A DNA stretch of 63,519 nucleotides, filler included, from Candidatus Desantisbacteria bacterium CG1_02_49_89 (GTDB lineage Bacteria > Desantisbacteria > UBA1551): the NCBI GenBank assembly GCA_001871075.1. It is 3 parts of 3 records of this genome, joined end to end, with 100 filler letters (N's around TTAATTAATTAA, not from the genome) between each part and the next. Parts side by side here need not be neighbours in the genome. Positions count along the whole stretch, not along the records: positions 24,389 to 46,809 come from MNUP01000104.1; 2 more parts are not named here. One strand, given 5' to 3'. The notes below the pieces were generated by a model, which saw only the letters and a program-made list of their open reading frames with translations, was not told the origin of the DNA and made no database searches. Positions 30,255 to 37,505 of the stretch are shown here, piece by piece. Position numbers and translations under genes: made by a program. The stretch's first letter is position 1. Each line of letters opens with the position of its first letter.

Positions 30255-32147
30255 ATGAAACGGATAATGATTTTTATTATTTTGGGTGTTATGATGGCAC
30301 CGCCGGCGGCCATGGCCATTAAACAGGCAGAGCTTCAGCTGTCTGTTGCCTTCCCTGATCCCGTGAAAGCAGGGGATAAAATAACGTTCCAGGTGGTTAT
30401 TTTAAACACAGGCAGCGAGACATGGCTGGCAAACAGGTACTCGATCTACGCTGAAATATACGACGCGCGCGAGAAATACCTGGCCAAGACCGACCAGATA
30501 CTCGGTAATGTAGCGGTAGGCTCCGCGGGCATGGCTATAATATACCTGCCGTATGCAATTCCGCAGGATGAATATGAAGGCATGTATAAATACAGGATAA
30601 TAGTGAATTATGAAAATAAGAGGATACTGTACAGCGATTTCCTGAGTTACACCGTAAGTTCGATCGCGCGCAAGGAGGAAAAAGCGTTCCTCCTGCCCGT
30701 AAAACTGAACGGCAAGGGCATGGTTTCATACAGGAACAGCACTGAGGAAAACTGGGACAGCTACTTATGGAATTTCAACCTGGGCCTGATGGGCCAGGCT
30801 TTTGATAACCCCATGATGTTTAAGCTTGATTCCGGGATTGCGACAGACGGCTTCAGGCTGAACACAATACTGCTCAATTACCGCCTGCCCGCGCTAAGCG
30901 TTTCAGCCGGGGACGTTATGCCCGTATTTTCACAGCTTGCCTTTTATAATACAGGTGTCAGGGGTTTTATGGTTGAATACAAACCGGGGAAGATAGAGCT
31001 GGCAGGAGTACTTGCGTCTTCGGTATTTGCCCGGCAGGGCACTGATACAGCGTCCGGTTCGTACGCAAGGTATACGGGCGGAGCCAGGGCAGGATTGGAA
31101 GCGGTTAAAGACATGAAATTCGGGGTTTCATGCGTTTATACTGCCGATGCCCCGGGTTCTCTTACGGATCCCGCCGTTTCTATGGCGCCGGCGAAAAACC
31201 TGGTCCTTGCAGCAGATGTTTCCTGCCTTATGTTCGGGAACTTCCTGCTGGACGGGGAATACGCATACAGCAGTTATTCGGCAGACCTGGCAAGCGACAC
31301 GGCAGCGCTGGACGACGGCGCATACAGGATTTCTTTTTCAGCGATGCTGGGTGATATTACGGCTGGCATAACTTATAAGGAAGTAGGCACTTATTTTTCC
31401 TCGCTGAACAGCTCTTATTCAATAAGCGACAGGGCGGGGATAGAAGGGCTTCTTAATTACAGCCTCGATTTCCTGAAGATCTATTTCATGTACGGCAGAT
31501 TCAACGATAACCTTAGCAATGCCCCTGAAAAGGTTACTACCGCGATAGACAACCTGTCTTCATTTGTCACGGTCGCGTTCAGGGGATTTCCCGTATGCAC
31601 TCTGGGTTACACGTGGAACAGCCTGGTGGGTAATCCGGCGTCGCTCGTTAACAACGTTACCAGGAACGCGTCCATAGGGATAACGCATAAAATATGGGAA
31701 ACCAACATATCCGCCGGGTACCAGGTCGCTGAATTTTACGATATCACTGACCTGTCGTCCGATATCATAAGCTATTCAGGCAATCTCCGCTTCAACCGCA
31801 TGATAAACAATATTATTTCCCTGAACGCGGGAGTGAATTATTCCCGGCTCTACAGTATAGACCTTCCCAAGACCGATCAGACAGCGGGTGCAAGCGCGGG
31901 CGTGAATTACAGGCTGATACCAGAGAAATTCATCATTTCGGGATTTACAAGCGTTTCGCGCAGGATAGATGACGCCGGTACAACCGATAACCTTTATATT
32001 AACCTGAACGTGGACGGCACGTATAACATAAGCAGCGAGATGGCCCTTACGGTTGGGACAGGCTGGATTAATTCCGCGGACCAGATCAATTCCGCCAACA
32101 GCTGCCAGAGCTGGAGCCTGGGCACGCGCGCGAGCTACAGCTTCTAA
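30255..32147 (+). CDS. Outer-membrane beta-barrel protein with N-terminal Ig-like domain
   Basis: Signal peptide; NTGSETW; alternating amphipathic strands; C-terminal YSF. Confidence 0.7.
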   Translation: MKRIMIFIILGVMMAPPAAMAIKQAELQLSVAFPDPVKAGDKITFQVVILNTGSETWLANRYSIYAEIYDAREKYLAKTDQILGNVAVGSAGMAIIYLPYAIPQDEYEGMYKYRIIVNYENKRILYSDFLSYTVSSIARKEEKAFLLPVKLNGKGMVSYRNSTEENWDSYLWNFNLGLMGQAFDNPMMFKLDSGIATDGFRLNTILLNYRLPALSVSAGDVMPVFSQLAFYNTGVRGFMVEYKPGKIELAGVLASSVFARQGTDTASGSYARYTGGARAGLEAVKDMKFGVSCVYTADAPGSLTDPAVSMAPAKNLVLAADVSCLMFGNFLLDGEYAYSSYSADLASDTAALDDGAYRISFSAMLGDITAGITYKEVGTYFSSLNSSYSISDRAGIEGLLNYSLDFLKIYFMYGRFNDNLSNAPEKVTTAIDNLSSFVTVAFRGFPVCTLGYTWNSLVGNPASLVNNVTRNASIGITHKIWETNISAGYQVAEFYDITDLSSDIISYSGNLRFNRMINNIISLNAGVNYSRLYSIDLPKTDQTAGASAGVNYRLIPEKFIISGFTSVSRRIDDAGTTDNLYINLNVDGTYNISSEMALTVGTGWINSADQINSANSCQSWSLGTRASYSF

Positions 32148-32288
32148 ATGCAGTCATGGGTCATGTGTCATGAGTCATGAGCAAAATTGGAATAAAAATA
32201 GTTCGAAGGAGGGAATATGTTACAAATTCAAAATGCAAAATGCAAAATGCAAAATGCCCCAAAGGGATCCATTCGGACAAAGGTCAAA

Positions 32289-33203
32289 ATGATTATTTTT
32301 ATTCTTGCCTTACACCTTACACTTTACACGTTACACGGTATTTGCGGGGGGCCAGGCACGACAGGAGCCGCATTCCTGAAACTGGGCGCAGGTTCTCGCC
32401 CGGTTGCCATGGGTGAGGCGTTCGTGGCAGCGGCAGACGATATAAACGCGCTTTACTGGAACCCGGCTGGCCTGGCGCTTGCAGACGGAAAACAGGTGAG
32501 CTTCGTCCATACAGAATGGTTCCAGTCGATCAGGTACGAGTACCTTGCTTATTGCCAGCAGGCTTTAGGCGGCACGATAGGGGCGGGGATTACCTACCTG
32601 TATATTGACGGCATAGAGAGGAGGGATGCGGCAGGAGTTCTGCTAAGTTCCGTGTCTATTCCGGCAAACGACCTTGCTGTTGCTGCCGCGTATTCAAAGT
32701 CCCTTTCAGAGAAGCTTGCTGTCGGGGCGTCGGTAAAATTCATAAACCAGCAGCTTGATGACCAATCCGCGATGGGTGTCGCGGCTGATATCGGCGTGCT
32801 TTTCAGGCCTTCTCCCGAAGGCCTGGCAGTAGGTGTTGCTTTGCAGAACCTGGGTTACCAGGCGGCTTTCGAGACAGTGGCAAGCCCGCTTCCCACAAAC
32901 CTTAAGGCAGGAATATCCCAGAAATCCGCTGACGGCAACTTTACTTTCGCGGCCGATTTCAATTATTCCCTTCTTGACAGTATCTGGGCTGCCGGCGCAG
33001 GCATAGAATATTGGTTCCATCCGGTGTTTTCAGTCAGGGCAGGTTACAAATACAACAGCGCGATAAACAGCACTTTGGGGGCACTCTCAGGCCTTACCTG
33101 CGGTGTCGGATTTAAGGTAAGCATGATGAATATTGACTACGCGCTTGTTCCTTACGGTGATTTAGGTTATACGCACAGAATAACCGTGGGGGCTAAGTTT
33201 TAA
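32289..33203 (+). CDS. PorV/PorQ-family outer-membrane barrel
   Basis: AFLKLGAGSRPVAMGEAFVA.ADD..ALYWNPAGL; DYALVPYGDLGYTHR. Confidence 0.88.
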   Translation: MIIFILALHLTLYTLHGICGGPGTTGAAFLKLGAGSRPVAMGEAFVAAADDINALYWNPAGLALADGKQVSFVHTEWFQSIRYEYLAYCQQALGGTIGAGITYLYIDGIERRDAAGVLLSSVSIPANDLAVAAAYSKSLSEKLAVGASVKFINQQLDDQSAMGVAADIGVLFRPSPEGLAVGVALQNLGYQAAFETVASPLPTNLKAGISQKSADGNFTFAADFNYSLLDSIWAAGAGIEYWFHPVFSVRAGYKYNSAINSTLGALSGLTCGVGFKVSMMNIDYALVPYGDLGYTHRITVGAKF

Positions 33204-33294
33204 CGTGGGATGGAGAATGCCCGGTGGAATCCGGCCTGCTCACCATCTCGCAGGCGTCGCTAAACCGTCCCGATTTATTCATCGGGACAGCGAC

Positions 33295-33348
33295 CCTTAT
33301 GGCGATCTGGGTTATACCCACCGGATAACAGTAGGCGCTAAGTTCTAA
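33295..33348 (+). pseudogene. Displaced synonymous copy of the last 18 codons of the PorV-like gene
   Basis: Encodes PYGDLGYTHRITVGAKF* like 33150-33203; 11 of 54 nt differ, all silent. Confidence 0.9.
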
Positions 33349-33482
33349 TTAGTGTCCAGTATCCAGTAACAGCAGTTTACAGAGTTTATAAAGTTTACAC
33401 AGTTTACAAGTGAAAGATAAATTTCGTGTAAATCGTGTGCAATCGTGTGGTTAAATTTTGTGGTTTTGCGGTGGTTTTTAAC

Positions 33483-33514
33483 AAGGGTCCTCTGAAAAGG
33501 GGACCCTTTTTATT
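33483..33514 (+). terminator. Rho-independent terminator
   Basis: AAGGGTCCTCT-GAAA-AGGGGACCCTT followed by T-run. Confidence 0.75.
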
Positions 33515-33584
33515 TCCTTATATTTATACACTCTTTCAGCAGATTTTCAACGGAGGGGAAAGGGGTAAAAAAGGGGATTTTCTC

Positions 33585-33613
33585 TTGACTTTCAACGTAA
33601 AATATGGTATAAT
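33585..33613 (+). promoter_or_regulatory. sigma70 promoter for the ppiC-surA-pdxA-rsmA operon
   Basis: TTGACT-17nt-TATAAT with extended -10 TG. Confidence 0.75.
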
Positions 33614-33679
33614 ATATGAATTATATATATAATGAATAACGATGTATATATAATAGTATTTATGCTATAAGGAGGCAAA

Positions 33680-34555
33680 GTGAAAAGGTTTATTGCGGTA
33701 GGATTGGTGTGGGTTTTTATGCTGGGCGCGGTTGTTGTAAATGCCGCAGAAAAGAAAAGCACCAAGACAGGCACTGCTAAAAAGGCGGCGCCGGAAAAGT
33801 GGGTGGCTAAGATAAATGACAAGTACATAACCCTGGAGGAATTTGAATCAAGGTGGAACGCGATACCTTTCCAGTATAAATACCAGTACGGCCTTTTCGG
33901 CCCTGAAGGCAAAATAAGGGTTCTGGATACACTTGTTAAAAATGAGCTGCTTTACCAGGAAGGCATAAAGAAGGGTATATTGAATTCGGAGACAATAACC
34001 CAGAGGATCGAGGACCTGAAGAAACAGGTTGTTGCAGAGGAACTGCTGACAAGGCAGATGAAAGGCCTGGAAGCAAACGACTCCGAGGCTATGAGCTATT
34101 ATAACGCGAACAAGCAGGAGTTCGGAGAGCCTGAACAGGTAAGGGTAAGGCATATACTTGTAAAAGCCGAGACCGAAGCCAATGAAGTCCTTGCTAAGCT
34201 GAAAAAAGGAGAGGATTTAGCGAAACTCGCCCCGGAGTACTCGATTGACCCGGGCACCAAGGACAAAGGCGGCGAGCTGGGTTTCTTTTCCAGGGGCCAG
34301 ATGGTGCCTGAATTCGAGGAAGCGGCTTTCGGCTTAAAGGTCGGAGAGCGCAGCGGCGCCATAAAAACCGCATACGGCTACCACATTATAGAATCCGAGG
34401 AGAAAAAAGAAGGCTCCCAAAAAAGTTTTGATGAAGTAAAGGAAGAGGCAAAGAACGCCGCGTTCCAGGAGAAGCAGAGGAAGCTGTTTGAGGCTTACCT
34501 CGAGGAACTTGGCAAGAAGGCTGATGTTCAGCTTAAACAAGAGCTTCTTCAGTAA
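33680..34555 (+). CDS. PpiC/PrsA-type peptidyl-prolyl isomerase
   Basis: VRHILV, YSIDPGTKDKGGELG, MVPEFEEAAF, YGYHII. Confidence 0.92.
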   Translation: MKRFIAVGLVWVFMLGAVVVNAAEKKSTKTGTAKKAAPEKWVAKINDKYITLEEFESRWNAIPFQYKYQYGLFGPEGKIRVLDTLVKNELLYQEGIKKGILNSETITQRIEDLKKQVVAEELLTRQMKGLEANDSEAMSYYNANKQEFGEPEQVRVRHILVKAETEANEVLAKLKKGEDLAKLAPEYSIDPGTKDKGGELGFFSRGQMVPEFEEAAFGLKVGERSGAIKTAYGYHIIESEEKKEGSQKSFDEVKEEAKNAAFQEKQRKLFEAYLEELGKKADVQLKQELLQ

Positions 34556-34564
34556 GGAAAACAC

Positions 34565-35215
34565 ATGCGTAAACTTATTTCTCTGATAGTTTTTAGTATA
34601 GTTTGTTTCTTTTTTATCTTACACGTAACACGTGACACGTTACACGTTTGTTACGCCGCCCAGGTCGTTGAGCGCATTGTCGCAAAGGTTAACGATGAGG
34701 TTATATTCAAGTCCGAGCTTGATGAATATGTCAGGAACGCGCGCGCCCAGATGGGAGACAGGATAACCGGCAGTGAGAGCGAGCTTGCCAGGAAAGCACT
34801 CGACCAGATGATAGAGGAAAAAATATTGCTGCAGGAGGCGAAAAAGGAAGATATAGAAGCCACGGAAGACGATCTGAAAACAGCGCTTCAGAACATAAGG
34901 GATAAGTTTCCCTCTAAGGATGAATTTGACAGAGAGATGAAAAAGCAGGGCATGACCCTTGCGGATCTGCAGGAAACGCTGAAGAAGCAGGTCAAAATAT
35001 TGCGCCTTATAGAGAAAAACGTGAAAAGAAAGATACAGGTGACAAGCGGGGAGGGGAGGGAGTATTACAGGCAGCACAAGGATGAGATAGGGAAGCCGCT
35101 GGACAGCGCAAAAGAAGAGATCAACAACATTATTTTCGAGCAGAAGTTCAACGAAGCGTTCGGAAAATGGGTTGAAAAACTGAAAAAAAGAGCCATCATC
35201 GAGATCAAATTATAA
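34565..35215 (+). CDS. SurA N-terminal domain chaperone
   Basis: VERIVAKVNDEVI, LDQMIEEKILLQEA; precedes pdxA-rsmA. Confidence 0.85.
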   Translation: MRKLISLIVFSIVCFFFILHVTRDTLHVCYAAQVVERIVAKVNDEVIFKSELDEYVRNARAQMGDRITGSESELARKALDQMIEEKILLQEAKKEDIEATEDDLKTALQNIRDKFPSKDEFDREMKKQGMTLADLQETLKKQVKILRLIEKNVKRKIQVTSGEGREYYRQHKDEIGKPLDSAKEEINNIIFEQKFNEAFGKWVEKLKKRAIIEIKL

Positions 35216-35220
35216 TTACA

Positions 35221-35420
35221 GTGTCGCCCCTGCGGCGACCCGCCATGCCTCGTCGGCAGGTCGCCGAAGTGGTGACCGAAGTGGCGGGATTCTGAAAGAG
35301 ATTACCCCTGCAGCCCCGACATAAGAATCGGGACAAAACGCAGGGGTCCTTTAGGGACAGTGATTATTTAAATTTAGATAATCACCGTAATCAGCAGTTA
35401 AAAATCACCGTAATCGTTTT
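35221..35420. repeat. Nested hairpin modules inside inverted 9-mer (GATTACAGT/AATCACCGT) arms
   Basis: GTCGCC..GGCGAC plus CCCGCC..GGCGGG at 35223-35289; three-level nest at 35305-35358. Confidence 0.85.
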
Positions 35421-35441
35421 TACAAGGAAGGTGAGAAAGGT

Positions 35442-36458
35442 ATGAAGAAACAGGTGGTCGGTATCACAATGGGCGACAGCACGGGCATAGGGCCTGAAGT
35501 TATAGCCAAGTCCCTCCTGGAGAAATCCATATACAAAGTTTGTTCTCCCCTGGTTATAGGGGACCCCGAGGTGATGAAGGATGCTTTCCGCATAATCAAA
35601 AAGAGAGCGTCTATAAATACCGTTAAAAAACCCGAGCAGGCTGAATTCAATTACGGCTGCATAGATATTCTTTTTTTCCCTGAATGGAGGATGGAGACCA
35701 TCGTTAAAGGCCAGATAAATCTTTCTTCAGCCAGGGCATCAGTGGGATACATAAAAGAGGCGACAAACCTGGTTATGAAAAGGCAGATCGATGCTATCGT
35801 GACAGGCCCCATTAACAAAGAGGCGGTCAGGAAAGCCGGTTTTTATTTCGACGGGCACACGGAACTGCTTGCGCAGCTGACCAATACAAGGAAATACGCG
35901 ATGATGTTTGTGGGGGGAGGCTTATATGTGGTTCTCCTTACAACGCACCTTCCCATCAAAAGGATCAGCAATTTCGTGATCAGGGAAAAGGTGTTAAAGG
36001 TGATTAACCTGACCAGGGAAGTGATGGAAGCCTATTTCGGCATCAGGAATCCCAGGATAGGCGTCAGCGGCCTGAACCCGCATGCCGGCGAGTCCGGCGT
36101 ATTCGGGCAGGAGGAAATAAAGGAAATAATACCCGCAATAAAAGAAGCAAAGGAAAACGGGATAAACGTGACGGGCCCGATCTCGCCCGACATCATTTTC
36201 GTCAAGGCGAAGAAGAAGGATTTTGATGTTGTTGTTGCCATGTACCATGACCAGGCGCTGATCCCGATCAAGATGCTGGATTTCAGGAGGGCCGTGAACC
36301 TGACTATAGGGCTTCCTTTCATACGTACGTCTGTGGACCACGGCGTGGCATACGACATAGCCGGCAAGGGGACCGCGGATTACCATAGCATGGTCGAAGC
36401 GATAAAGCTTGCAGCCAGGCTTTCTTCCAGAAGCACCCTCACCAAAAAAACAGAATAA
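35442..36458 (+). CDS. pdxA: 4-hydroxythreonine-4-phosphate dehydrogenase
   Basis: TMGDSTGIGPE, GHTE, LNPHAGE, MYHDQ, RTSVDHG. Confidence 0.96.
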   Translation: MKKQVVGITMGDSTGIGPEVIAKSLLEKSIYKVCSPLVIGDPEVMKDAFRIIKKRASINTVKKPEQAEFNYGCIDILFFPEWRMETIVKGQINLSSARASVGYIKEATNLVMKRQIDAIVTGPINKEAVRKAGFYFDGHTELLAQLTNTRKYAMMFVGGGLYVVLLTTHLPIKRISNFVIREKVLKVINLTREVMEAYFGIRNPRIGVSGLNPHAGESGVFGQEEIKEIIPAIKEAKENGINVTGPISPDIIFVKAKKKDFDVVVAMYHDQALIPIKMLDFRRAVNLTIGLPFIRTSVDHGVAYDIAGKGTADYHSMVEAIKLAARLSSRSTLTKKTE

Positions 36459-36494
36459 AAACAGCCTGCTGGTCCTACGGCAGCAGCAACCAAT

Positions 36495-37376
36495 ATGGAA
36501 ACATTTGAGCAGGAGATAAGGCGGTTATTAGCGGAATACCATTTAAACGCAAGGAAACGCCTCGGCCAGAACTTCCTGGTTGACAGCGCGGTCGTTTCAA
36601 GGATAATACAGGCGGCAGACCTTTCCGGCGACGACACTGTTCTTGAGATCGGTTCCGGCCCCGGGATCCTGACCGGGCTCATAGCGGAAAAAGCCGGAAA
36701 AGTATTTGCCATTGAGCTTGACAGGGGATTTATAAAAATCCTTGAGGACAGGTTCGGCGGGAACAGCAAGGTCGGGATAGTAAGGGGGGATATCCTGAAG
36801 ATCGACCTGCTTCCCCTTTTTTCAGCGGAACGGGAAAAACCGGTTAAGATCATAGCCAACCTCCCTTATTACATAACAACACCTATTCTGATGCGCCTGC
36901 TCAGCCTGAAACTGCCGCCGTTAAGCACCATGTTTGTAATGGTGCAGAAAGAAGTGGGCATGCGCCTGGCAGCAAAGCCCTGCTCAAAGGATTACGGCAT
37001 ACTCACGCTCGTTACCAGGTATTATGCGGAACCCGAAATGCTGTTGCTGGTGCCCAGGAATTCGTTCATGCCGTCACCCGCGGTCGATTCAGCGCTGCTG
37101 AAGCTTACCGTGCTTGAAAGGCCGCCGGTAAACGTGAAAGACGAGAAACTATTCTTCTCCGTTATTAAAACCGCGTTCGGGCACAGGAGAAAAATGCTCG
37201 TTAATTCATTTGTCAAAAGCCCGCTGGGATCTTCGACAAAAAAGCAGGTTCTCGGTTTTTTTTCTGCCGCAGGGATAGATCCCCGCAGAAGGGCAGAGGA
37301 ACTGGGCATGGGAGATTTCGCCCGCCTTTCCGACGTTATACATGATAACAAACAGATGCTGGATCCTGGATCCTAG
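36495..37376 (+). CDS. rsmA: 16S rRNA dimethyladenosine transferase
   Basis: LGQNFL, EIGSGPG, ANLPYYIT, MVQKEV. Confidence 0.96.
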   Translation: METFEQEIRRLLAEYHLNARKRLGQNFLVDSAVVSRIIQAADLSGDDTVLEIGSGPGILTGLIAEKAGKVFAIELDRGFIKILEDRFGGNSKVGIVRGDILKIDLLPLFSAEREKPVKIIANLPYYITTPILMRLLSLKLPPLSTMFVMVQKEVGMRLAAKPCSKDYGILTLVTRYYAEPEMLLLVPRNSFMPSPAVDSALLKLTVLERPPVNVKDEKLFFSVIKTAFGHRRKMLVNSFVKSPLGSSTKKQVLGFFSAAGIDPRRRAEELGMGDFARLSDVIHDNKQMLDPGS

Positions 37377-37505
37377 TTAAAGGAGTTTTATTTAAATAAA
37401 TCCTTAATCCAGGATCTAACATCCCCGCCCTGAAACCTTAGGGCGAGGCTCGCCCAGGCATAGGCCATGGGCGGCAGCATCCAGGATCTGTTTAATGGAG
37501 ATTGC

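Noticed and set aside
32217-32288. Extended N-termini in the ORF track (PorV-like, secretin, rsmD, guaA, hisF, argF, ManC/ManB fusion, pstB1)
   Set aside because: The extensions translate intergenic repeat arrays; downstream ATGs fit family N-termini better.
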